Assembly (NCBI GenBank): GCA_018713425.1
Contig: DVOT01000246.1
Coordinates: forward strand, 1 to 57,688
Length of the DNA stretch: 57,688 bases
Direction: 5' to 3'
Origin: Candidatus Ornithocaccomicrobium faecavium
GTDB taxonomy: Bacteria; Bacillota; Clostridia; Christensenellales; Aristaeellaceae
Shown: in pieces, positions 18,425-26,383 of the stretch
Numbering within the stretch: the first letter of the stretch is position 1
Layout: each line of letters opens with the position of its first letter
Notes under the pieces: model-generated
The model's database searches: none
Seen by the model: the letters and a program-made list of their open reading frames with translations, nothing else
What the model was told of the DNA's origin: nothing
Program-made: the position numbers and the translations under genes

Positions 18425-19758
18425 TGTATCCCTCCTTTGATGTCGTCGAGGATCGCCGCGAACCATTTATCCATGCTCCGCAGCAGTTCGCGGGTATTCC
18501 CGCACGCCATGTGCGCGCGCCATCCGGCATAGTGGCGGCGCAGGCTGTCAAGGTCGGCGTTACCCGCTGCCACTCGCCGGCCCATGCGCTTCAGCCGGCG
18601 CTTTTCAGCGGCGGCAATGCCCGGCGCGGCCCGCAAAATCACCTTGCCCGTGGGCGTCAGCCGGAAATGCCAGCGCAGGAAAATGAATCCCTTGCGCAGC
18701 CGGATGAATTGCGATTTCGGGTTTAATTCCAGCCCCAGCGCGTCGAGGCGTTCAGCGATGCCGCGCACGGCGCGCCGCAGTCTTTCGGGATCGGGGTCGT
18801 AAAGGATAAAGTCGTCCATGTAGCGCGCATACACGGCGACGCGCGCTTCTTCCTTTGCGTAGTGATCCACGGCGTTCAGTTGCGCAAGCTGTACCAGTTG
18901 CGATATTTGGCTGCCCAGTCCGATGCCGCGGCCATCGCCATGCAGCGCTTCGTCCATGATGGCGGCCCGATCTTCCTGCGAAAGCCCCGGCGTGCGGCGT
19001 ACTGCCTGCGCGATTTGCCGCTCGCGTTCGCGCAGGATTCCGTCGCGCTCGCCTTCCGGGCGCAGCGGCAGGCTTTCCCGCTCGACGCGGGCGTCGGTGA
19101 TCGCTCTGGCGGCTTTTGCGGCGGCAGGCGTCGGCGCGCCCACGGCGATCAGGCGCGCTTCCCACCATTCTTCGCCGAAACTCTCCACTACGGCGCAGAA
19201 GAACGCCGCCAGCCGGTCGCTGGCCACAGCCTTGCGCAGCGTCGCCTTGGCGACGCTGAAGCGGCTTGTGGGGAAATACTTGCGAACGTCTCCCTTGTAG
19301 ATGAGCGCATCGGCTTGAAACGGGCCGACGTCTTCGACGCGGCAGCCTGCCGCCCGCGCGCGTTCCCGGCGCTGGGCGCGATAGACGCGCCGCAGCCAGT
19401 ATTTCATCCGCTCAATGGCGAAGTCCACGCCTTTGCCGATCTGGCAAGCGCCGTTGTCATGGATGAAGGATCGCGTCAGGATCGGGTAAAGAATATTGTC
19501 GCACGCGCTGCGCTGCGCATGGCGGTCGCGGATGCGCGTTGCCGTGATCGACCGCGGCTTGGGCCGGGTGATGGAAAAGCGCATGTAACGCTGTATTTTG
19601 TAGCGCCCGGCCTTCAGATCGGCGCGCAGACGGGCGCTGTTTTCCAGCCCGTCGCTACGGTAGACGGCGGTTCCGTCCTTCCACATGGTGCCAGCGCAGC
19701 ACTTCTTCAGCGCCCGGTACAGGTTGCGCAGCTTAATCGCTTCCTCGAATTGATCCAT
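18421..19758 (-). CDS. DGR reverse transcriptase
   Basis: GIGLGSQISQL (DGR-type [ILV]GxxxSQ motif), YMDDF catalytic motif, GDVRKYFPT and CQIGKG. Probable start ATG 19758 (MDQFEEAIKLRNLY). The ORF is open to 19881. Confidence 0.85.
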   Translation of the reverse strand: MDQFEEAIKLRNLYRALKKCCAGTMWKDGTAVYRSDGLENSARLRADLKAGRYKIQRYMRFSITRPKPRSITATRIRDRHAQRSACDNILYPILTRSFIHDNGACQIGKGVDFAIERMKYWLRRVYRAQRRERARAAGCRVEDVGPFQADALIYKGDVRKYFPTSRFSVAKATLRKAVASDRLAAFFCAVVESFGEEWWEARLIAVGAPTPAAAKAARAITDARVERESLPLRPEGERDGILRERERQIAQAVRRTPGLSQEDRAAIMDEALHGDGRGIGLGSQISQLVQLAQLNAVDHYAKEEARVAVYARYMDDFILYDPDPERLRRAVRGIAERLDALGLELNPKSQFIRLRKGFIFLRWHFRLTPTGKVILRAAPGIAAAEKRRLKRMGRRVAAGNADLDSLRRHYAGWRAHMACGNTRELLRSMDKWFAAILDDIKGGIQ

Positions 19759-19941
19759 AAAAAGGCCGCCGTGATAGCGGGAACGCGCCTTGCAGCGCGC
19801 CCGCATCGGCGGCAGTTGTTCCCCCTTTTCTCGGGGCAGGGCAAACGCCTCCTTGCACTTCGCGGCGCTGTTTTCGGGCATTGCTCTGCATTTGTCAAAA
19901 GCATCTTGGCGAATGCCTTACTCGAATGACGGGCCATTGAA

Positions 19942-20066
19942 GCAAGCCGCCGCCAGCCCGTACCCGTTGTTCGCGTTGTTGTTATTCAAAGCCCCCGAAG
20001 GGTTCACGTTGCGAACGTTGTTGGCGTTCCACGGGTTAGGCGACCGCAGCCACCAGTAACGGGCGG
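19942..20066 (-). repeat. DGR template repeat (TR)
   Basis: 125 bp matching VR except at 12 positions. All 12 are A in TR on the minus strand. Contains the run AAT AAC AAC AAC GCG AAC AAC. Confidence 0.9.
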
Positions 20067-20093
20067 GGACAGACAGGCGTTTCCCTGTTCTCA

Positions 20094-20672
20094 TTATGGG
20101 GCCATGCCCGCGCCTCTGGGCGGTTTGGCTGGCCCGCGATCGGGACTTCGGCCGGCGGCGCGCTTGGCGTCGCTGGCCATCAGCCCTTCAATGAGACCTT
20201 TTTCGCGCACGGCCATGTCGAAGAAAATTTCAAAGATGCGGTCGATGTCGTCCTGTGACAAGACCTTGCGGCCGCCGCGGTGCTTGCGCTTGTGCGGCGT
20301 GGCGGTGGACTGCTGCGGCGCTTCGACCGACGGTGACGCCTGCTTCACCGCGTTAAAGCCGCGAAGCATCATTTCGTATTTGATGCTCAACAGCACCTTC
20401 ATTTCCGTCAGGTGGTCGAGCGCGCGGCGCAGCAGCGCTTCGCGCTCCGCAAACTGGGCGGGATCGGCAAGATCGCGCCGTGCGTTCGCCTGTTTCGCGC
20501 AGGTCAGCACGCCTTTCGCCGCCGTCCACAGATCGCCGGTCACGATCCAGCGCTCGCGCCGCGTAAAAAGCCGTTCGTCCTTGCACCATTTCAACGTCCA
20601 CGCCGCCAGTCTTGTGGCCAGCGTGATGTATTCGGCTTTGCTGGCCTGCCGCAAATATGCGGGTACCGCCAT
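20094..20672 (-). CDS. accessory variability determinant-like protein (Avd position), with extra C-terminal region
   Basis: Lies between the target gene and TR. The first ~110 aa are helical and basic. Assignment is by position rather than by motif. Confidence 0.45.
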   Translation of the reverse strand: MAVPAYLRQASKAEYITLATRLAAWTLKWCKDERLFTRRERWIVTGDLWTAAKGVLTCAKQANARRDLADPAQFAEREALLRRALDHLTEMKVLLSIKYEMMLRGFNAVKQASPSVEAPQQSTATPHKRKHRGGRKVLSQDDIDRIFEIFFDMAVREKGLIEGLMASDAKRAAGRSPDRGPAKPPRGAGMAP

Positions 20673-20723
20673 ATCGTTGCCCCCTTGACGCGCCTATCGG
20701 CGCGGATGGTCGATGGGCTGCAT

Positions 20724-20746
20724 CTGTGCGCGGCCGTAACGCACAG
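20724..20746. promoter_or_regulatory. hairpin immediately 3' of the target gene/VR
   Basis: 7-bp inverted repeat ctgtgcg / cgcacag with a 9-nt loop. Lies 13-35 nt beyond the stop codon (20759-20761). Confidence 0.4.
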
Positions 20747-20758
20747 TGCGGCCCGGTA

Positions 20759-21967
20759 TCAGTAGATGACGCAAGCCGCCGCCAGCCCGTACCCGCCGCT
20801 CGCGTCGCCGCCATTCAAAGCCCCCGAAGGGTTCACGTAGCGAACGTTGCTGGCGCTCCACGGGTAAGGCGACCGCAGCCACCAGTAACGGGCGGTTGTC
20901 GGGCTTGCGATGTCGTATTTGATCTTGTCGGTTTCGCTGGCCCCGTCGTAGTAGGGCAGCACGCTGCCTTCGCTGATGCTGTTTTCGGGGCCATAGCCCA
21001 TTTCAACGCGGCTGGGCAGCCAAAAGCGGTCGCGCGTGGTGTAGGTGCCCGTGATCGTGCCGTTTACGTCGTAGACGGTGTTGTAGGCCGTCACGTTGTC
21101 CACGGGGCCGACGGCGGCAAGAAAATCCGCGTCCAGCCCGTTCAGGAAGCCGGGCTGGTTGGCGTAGTTCGGTTTCAGGTCAAAGATGGTCTGTTTTGTC
21201 CACCATGCGTTCGCGGCCGCGTCGCTGTTGAGCCACTGCCGGGCCGCGCTCTCGCCCCAGTGGTTCGAACCGTAGGCGCGGCGCATGACGGAATTAAACT
21301 TGCCTACCGTGTCCACGATGTCGCCCTGCGCGTTGCTGGCCGTGCCCAAGCTGGTGCCGCCGCTCCCGGCAGTGACGGTCAGGTTGCCTTCGATCTGGTT
21401 GCCGCTTGCATCGTAGGTCGTCACGACGCCGGACGTGATGTTCTCCGGCTTGTAGTTCGCCGTGTCTTCGTACCAGTTGCCGACCTTGTTGTGCGTCCAT
21501 CCGCCGCCGGCGGGGATCGGCTCGGTGGTCGTAAATTGATAGGTACCGTCTTCTTCTGTCCGTCCGCTGTTGCCGCCCTTGTACAGCGTGAAGTTGTACG
21601 TTCCCGCGGGCAGGGCGCTTTCGCCCGTGTTGGCCCACAGCATTTCCGAAGCGTCGATCATGCGCCCGTAGATGCAGGCGTGCATCAACAACGTCATGGT
21701 GGGTGCGCTGTCGTCGCCCGGCTTTTTGTGCTGGTTGTGGGCTACGACGTCCCATTCAATGGATGTGTAGGACGAATGGGCGGACGTCAGGCGCGCGCCC
21801 ACGGGGAACGCCTTCGGCCCCAGCCCGTTGCGCACGATCTGCTGCACGGATTCCCAGCTTTCGATGTTCGCCGCGCTGCCCGCCTGCGCGATGGCAATCA
21901 GCCCCAGCGCGTCGGCGATCCGCCGGCCCGTTTCGTCTAAGATGATCGGTTTTGTGATTTCGCTCAT
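20759..21967 (-). CDS. DGR target protein, probable receptor-binding tail fibre/tip protein
   Basis: AGGAGGAGG then ATG 21967, overlapping the upstream stop (ATGA). 402 aa with the VR at the extreme C-terminus. The upstream 278 aa of ORF 20759..22801 is an Arg/Gly-rich artefact. Confidence 0.8.
   Translation of the reverse strand: MSEITKPIILDETGRRIADALGLIAIAQAGSAANIESWESVQQIVRNGLGPKAFPVGARLTSAHSSYTSIEWDVVAHNQHKKPGDDSAPTMTLLMHACIYGRMIDASEMLWANTGESALPAGTYNFTLYKGGNSGRTEEDGTYQFTTTEPIPAGGGWTHNKVGNWYEDTANYKPENITSGVVTTYDASGNQIEGNLTVTAGSGGTSLGTASNAQGDIVDTVGKFNSVMRRAYGSNHWGESAARQWLNSDAAANAWWTKQTIFDLKPNYANQPGFLNGLDADFLAAVGPVDNVTAYNTVYDVNGTITGTYTTRDRFWLPSRVEMGYGPENSISEGSVLPYYDGASETDKIKYDIASPTTARYWWLRSPYPWSASNVRYVNPSGALNGGDASGGYGLAAACVIY
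20771..20895 (-). repeat. DGR variable repeat (VR)
   Basis: Last 125 coding nt of the target gene, ending 9 nt (three codons) before the stop codon. Encodes ARYWWLRSPYPWSASNVRYVNPSGALNGGDASGGYGLAAAC. Confidence 0.9.
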
Positions 21968-22740
21968 GTTGCCTCCTCCTGTTCGTTGTAGGTCACGCAC
22001 AGCGCGCCGTCTACCACGCTGATGCCCAGCGCGGCCCGTTCGTTTTCGGCGGCTACGCGCTGCTGTTCCGCGCTCACGCGGCCCTGCTCGGCAGTCACGC
22101 GGCCTTGCTCGGCGGTTGCGCGGTCGGTCTCCGCCTCTACGCGGTCGTCCTCTGCGTTCACGCGGGCAGTCTCCGCCTCTTCGCGGTCGTCCTCGGCATT
22201 CGCGCGGGCGGTCTCCGCGGTCACGCGCCCCTGTTCTGCGGTCACACGCCCCTGTTCGGCGCTCGCGCGGGCGCTTTCGGCGCTGGAAATGTCGTCTTCC
22301 AGCTGCTCCATGCTGGCAATCTGCGCCAGCAGATCGTCCAACGAAGGGATGACGTTGCCCGGGTCGATGATGCTGTCCGTCAGCACGTTTCGCACGGGCA
22401 GGATCAGCGCCGCCAGCGTCACCTTCGCGCCCGTGCTGACAGACAGGCGCAGCACCGCCTTCACGTCGCCTTCCTGCGCATAGCACGCCTGCGCCAGTAC
22501 CACGCTGGCCACGTTGCCGGTCATGCTGCCCTGCACGGCCACGGTGTTGCCGTCCGGCCGCACGAAGTACCCCGTCACGCTGCCGGTGACTTGCGCCGCC
22601 TCGCCGCCGTCCAGCACGGTCACGCGCCATGTGTGGGCGTTGTTGTCCCCGCAAAGCATCAGCGCGTTCGGCCATACCTGCGGGGCCTGCGCGCCGCGTT
22701 GCAGGTCGATTTCCTGCTCGATCAGCCAGTTGTTGGCCAT
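21964..22740 (-). CDS. baseplate upper protein (BppU-like) with coiled-coil repeat stalk
   Basis: The N-terminal domain resembles BppU_N (WRVTVLDGGEA...GYFVRPDG). The C-terminus carries AExxRVxAE octad repeats. Confidence 0.55.
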   Translation of the reverse strand: MANNWLIEQEIDLQRGAQAPQVWPNALMLCGDNNAHTWRVTVLDGGEAAQVTGSVTGYFVRPDGNTVAVQGSMTGNVASVVLAQACYAQEGDVKAVLRLSVSTGAKVTLAALILPVRNVLTDSIIDPGNVIPSLDDLLAQIASMEQLEDDISSAESARASAEQGRVTAEQGRVTAETARANAEDDREEAETARVNAEDDRVEAETDRATAEQGRVTAEQGRVSAEQQRVAAENERAALGISVVDGALCVTYNEQEEAT

Positions 22741-22769
22741 GGTTTCCTCCTTCCTCGCTGGTCGCGTTC

Positions 22770-25241
22770 CTAGTAGTCGCCGCCGCCCACGCTTTGCACA
22801 AACGCCTGCACGAACAGATTCGCTTCGATGCGCGTCAGCCCGTTGGGCACGATTTCGATTTCATGCCACGTTCCGCGCGTGATCTTGCCGTCGTCGTCCT
22901 TTTCCAGATAGGCAACGATGTCCATCTCGCTGTCCGTCAGCGCGGAAGCGGGCACCACGTTGCCGTCCACCTTCAGCGTCACGCTGCTGGCCGTGTCGCC
23001 CTCGTAGATGCCGTAGACGATCTCATGCGTGTGGTCGGCCAGCGTTAGGTCGTGCGTGTGGGCCGGGATGTTCACACTGTGCGTATGGCTTGGTGTCTCG
23101 AAAACGTGGCTGTGCGCCGGGATGGCGATGTCCTGCGCCGGGATCGTGACCACGCAAACCACGTTGTGCATGTGGCTGAAATTGTGGTAGTGCTGCATGC
23201 TGTGCGTATGCGCGGGAACCGTGTGGGTGTGTTCCATGCCGTGCGTGTGCGCGGCCATGCGGTGGTTGTGTTCGCCGCCCGTCGATGTGCTGCCCCCGCC
23301 CGCGTCGGTCGTATAGATGCGCGAACCGCCGCCGTTGGTGACGGCGTTCCCCGTCAGCCCGCCGCCCGCGGAATTGGTCGTCAGCGATGTGCTGCCGGTA
23401 GTGCCGGTGCCCGAATATCCCGTGTTGCCGCTGATGCTCACATTGTGGGTCGCGTTCGCGCTTACACCGCCCGTTATCGTAGACGTACCCGGATCGCTGA
23501 TGCGGTGATAGTGCCCGTTCGCCAACGAATCGCTGCCGGAAAAACTGTGCCGGTGGCTGGGGCCGCTGTGCGAATGGCTGTCGATGCTGTGCGTATGGCT
23601 GGGGCCGTAATGGAAGTGCCCCATGCCGTGATTGTGGTCGGAAATGGTGTGGCTATGCCCGCCGGCGCTGAGCGTGGTAATCATGCTGTTGCTCGAATCC
23701 GTGGTCAGCAGGCTGCTGTTTCCCGTTTCGCCGCTCCCACCGCTGCCGGTCGTGGACATGGAATCGCCTCCGACGCCCAGCGCGTAGCCGGTGTTGCCGC
23801 TTGTGCTGCCGCTGTGCCCGGACTGTGAAGGCCCCGTCGCCGCCGTGGTGGTGACGACCTTCTGCTCGATCGTCTGCGCATACGCGCCGCCGCTGTTGCT
23901 CGTTCGCTCGCTGCCTCCCCCTGATGAGCTAGTCTGCGTGCTGGCCCCGCCGCTGGACGTGGTGGTGGCCGTCGCGCCGCCCGCTGCCGCGCCCGTCTCA
24001 TAGGCCCGGAAGGCTTCCATCTGCCACGACAGCAGCATTTGATTAATGCGCACGCATCCGCTGGGCACATAAACGCGCATCTTTGCCGGGTGCTGCGCGT
24101 CGGCATTGTCGGCGTACTGCTGACTGTACAGGTTCGTCGCCCCTTGGCTGTACAGTTCGCTGATGCCCATGCGGTCGGCCAGCGTGTTGATGCTGTCCGC
24201 CGCGTCGCGTGGCGCGTTGGCGATGGTGATGTCGATTTCGCCCGGCCTGCCGCGCACGTCGCTTTTGGCGATGGACACGATCCGCGCGTCGAAGTCGATT
24301 CCGTGTTCGCCGTCCAGCACGCGCACCAGCTTGCCGGGCATGTGCTTGTCCCATTCCTGCCCAGTCAGGCGCGTCAGATCGACAGCCGACGCCGTATAGC
24401 TGATATACGGGTTTTTCAGGCGATTCAGCAGCGCGACGCCGCGCGCCTTCAGCGTGGCGGCGTCTTCGATGCGCGTGTCCGCGTAGACGCTGCTCTTCAC
24501 GCCCCACACGTTCTTCGTGTCCGCGTCGATGTAGGGCACGCCGCCGTTGATGTCGCGGATCGTCAGCTGGTTCACGCCCTCGCCGTAGCCCAGCATGTAC
24601 AGCCGCGTCACCAGCGTGCTGGCGTCCATTTCCTTTTCCACCTCGACCATGTTCCGGCGGTAGTGGATGCCGCAGCCGGGCGTGGTGTCCGCGTGCTTCA
24701 GGCTCACCGTCCACGGCGATGCGCTCGTGTCGAACACCCATGTGTATTCGTCCGTCAGCACGTTGCCCAGCGACAGAAGCGCCGAAAGCAGCGACGTGTT
24801 TTCAAACTTGTAGGCAAACTGATCGCTGTATTCGCACTCGCCCAAAACCCAGCGTTCCGTATGCTGCTGGTCGAGAATATACTGGATCACCTGCGCCGTG
24901 GTCACGCCCGGCCCGCCGATCTCATGGTAGCCGAACAGCACGTCGTCCAGCAGCGTGGCCATGACGTGTTCCAAGCTGTACGTCTTCACCCCGCCGGCTG
25001 CCGTCTCTTCGCCGGAAGGCATCCCGATGATGCGATACAGGCCCGTGTCCCGCGCGCCGTCCGGCAGATGCACCAGATTGTGCGCTTGGCACAGGCTGTT
25101 CTTCGGATCACCGCTGGGCAGCGTGAAGGACGCCGTCCACAGGTCATTGTGAACCAGATTGTAGGCGACCTCGCCCGCGTTCTCCAAGACGCCCAGCATC
25201 TCGCCGTCCTGATTGTAGACGGTTACATATTCGCAGTTCAT
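22770..25241 (-). CDS. tail-associated protein (Tal; prophage endopeptidase-tail family N-terminus) with His-rich C-terminal half
   Basis: AGGAGG then ATG 25241. Follows Dit. 17 HxH motifs in two blocks separated by Gly/Ser/Thr linkers. Confidence 0.7.
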   Translation of the reverse strand: MNCEYVTVYNQDGEMLGVLENAGEVAYNLVHNDLWTASFTLPSGDPKNSLCQAHNLVHLPDGARDTGLYRIIGMPSGEETAAGGVKTYSLEHVMATLLDDVLFGYHEIGGPGVTTAQVIQYILDQQHTERWVLGECEYSDQFAYKFENTSLLSALLSLGNVLTDEYTWVFDTSASPWTVSLKHADTTPGCGIHYRRNMVEVEKEMDASTLVTRLYMLGYGEGVNQLTIRDINGGVPYIDADTKNVWGVKSSVYADTRIEDAATLKARGVALLNRLKNPYISYTASAVDLTRLTGQEWDKHMPGKLVRVLDGEHGIDFDARIVSIAKSDVRGRPGEIDITIANAPRDAADSINTLADRMGISELYSQGATNLYSQQYADNADAQHPAKMRVYVPSGCVRINQMLLSWQMEAFRAYETGAAAGGATATTTSSGGASTQTSSSGGGSERTSNSGGAYAQTIEQKVVTTTAATGPSQSGHSGSTSGNTGYALGVGGDSMSTTGSGGSGETGNSSLLTTDSSNSMITTLSAGGHSHTISDHNHGMGHFHYGPSHTHSIDSHSHSGPSHRHSFSGSDSLANGHYHRISDPGTSTITGGVSANATHNVSISGNTGYSGTGTTGSTSLTTNSAGGGLTGNAVTNGGGSRIYTTDAGGGSTSTGGEHNHRMAAHTHGMEHTHTVPAHTHSMQHYHNFSHMHNVVCVVTIPAQDIAIPAHSHVFETPSHTHSVNIPAHTHDLTLADHTHEIVYGIYEGDTASSVTLKVDGNVVPASALTDSEMDIVAYLEKDDDGKITRGTWHEIEIVPNGLTRIEANLFVQAFVQSVGGGDY

Positions 25242-25253
25242 GTTTGCCGCCTC

Positions 25254-25526
25254 CTAGCGGCGCGACGGCCGTTCCAACACGCCGTCCGGCGGCGCGTCCA
25301 CAGGCTCCACATGGCCGCCGTCAATGATCTCCGCTATGGCGTATAGTTCGTTGGCCTGCCGCGCGGACTGCACCGCCAGCACGGCCATGGCGCAGCCGCC
25401 GGGCGTGTTCCACGCGCATTCGGACAGGCAACGCGCGCCGCGCATGGGGCAGTACGGTGTCGTTGGCCTTGCCGGTCTTGCCGGCGGGTCATGCCGCTTG
25501 CCTAGCTGTGTTTTGGATGGTAGCAT
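25254..25526 (-). CDS. hypothetical phage protein (Cys-containing, 90 aa)
   Basis: GGGAGG lies 8 nt upstream of ATG 25526. Sits between Dit and Tal. Confidence 0.4.
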   Translation of the reverse strand: MLPSKTQLGKRHDPPARPARPTTPYCPMRGARCLSECAWNTPGGCAMAVLAVQSARQANELYAIAEIIDGGHVEPVDAPPDGVLERPSRR

Positions 25527-25528
25527 GC

Positions 25529-26320
25529 TCAAAACCTCCCTCTCGCCTTGATGGTGATCTTTGCGCCCTTTGTGCCGCTGCCGTAGGCCAGCGTCGCGCT
25601 GATGCTCTGCGGCCCGTGCCGGGCGGTCAGATAGTCGAAGCGCGCCGCATAGGGCAGCGCGTTTTCGCCGTCTGAAAATGCCGCTCCGATGGGCGGCTCC
25701 ATGTCGATGAGCAGCGCATCGCCCGACGCGATGTTCATGCCGGAAAGCTGCACGGCGTTTCCGCCTGCCGTCAGCGTTACGCCGGTGATCGGCGCTGCGC
25801 CTGTGTTCAGCACTTCCGCGCGGATCGGCGCGGGCGCGCCGGTCGCCAGCACGAAGTTGACCTGCGCGCTGGTGCCGCTGGTCGTCGCGCTTGCCGTCGT
25901 TTCGTCGAGCGCGTAGGCATAGGGCTGCGCCGTGAAGGTCACGTCCAGCCCGCCGTCGATCCAGTCCGAAAAGCCCCAGTTCAGTTCGTCGTCCACGCTT
26001 GCCATGTAATAGCGCAGCGGCTCATAGTCGAATATAAGCCGCTGCCGCCCGTTCGTCAGCCATGCCGCGATGCGCCGAAGCTGCTGCTGCGCCGCCGCCT
26101 GCGAAGGCGGATCGCGCAGGAAGAACAGCGTGCCGTCAAATTCCAGCGTTTCGGGCAGGTCGCCGGGCATCAGGATCGTGCCCGGCGTGCCGGAAATATC
26201 GTATTCGTTCCGACGGATTTTGGGTGCGATCGTGTGCCCTTTGTTTTCCACATAGATGCAGCCAAAGTCCCGCAGGCAGTGCAGTCCGCCGAAGGAAAAG
26301 TTGATCTCGTTCAGGTTCAA
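25529..26320 (-). CDS. distal tail protein (Dit, siphovirus tail component)
   Basis: Position after the tape measure. The N-terminus (NFSFGGLHCLRDFG...ISGTPG) is typical of the Sipho_tail family. Start is probably TTG 26320 after GGGGAG. The ORF is open to 26338. Confidence 0.7.
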   Translation of the reverse strand: MNLNEINFSFGGLHCLRDFGCIYVENKGHTIAPKIRRNEYDISGTPGTILMPGDLPETLEFDGTLFFLRDPPSQAAAQQQLRRIAAWLTNGRQRLIFDYEPLRYYMASVDDELNWGFSDWIDGGLDVTFTAQPYAYALDETTASATTSGTSAQVNFVLATGAPAPIRAEVLNTGAAPITGVTLTAGGNAVQLSGMNIASGDALLIDMEPPIGAAFSDGENALPYAARFDYLTARHGPQSISATLAYGSGTKGAKITIKARGRF

Positions 26321-26330
26321 GGCTATCTCC

Positions 26331-26379
26331 CCAATCAAAAGGCACCCTGCCCTTTCGGGTGGGTGCCTTGGTCGGTTTG
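26331..26379 (-). repeat. hairpin-plus-RBS cassette, copy 1
   Basis: ~50 bp, ~90% identical to 38076-38125. On the minus strand: GCACCCACCC-GAAA-GGGCAGGGTGC, a T-run, then TTGATTGG + SD. Confidence 0.7.
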
Positions 26380-26383
26380 CTGA

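Larger units (their letters stand above)
18421..21967 (-). mobile_element. diversity-generating retroelement cassette (target-VR / avd-like / TR / RT)
   Basis: Canonical gene order, adenine-specific TR/VR mismatches, and an RT with DGR-type motifs. Confidence 0.88.

Noticed and set aside
16450-19929. Plus-strand ORFs of 543 aa and 355 aa across the lysis genes and the RT
   Set aside because: Shadow ORFs. The minus-strand genes (endolysin, RT) have diagnostic motifs and SD-preceded starts.
20759-22801. 680-aa version of the DGR target ORF
   Set aside because: The first ~278 residues are Arg/Gly-rich and overlap the BppU-like gene in another frame. A strong SD and ATG at 21967, with an ATGA overlap, gives a sensible 402-aa protein.
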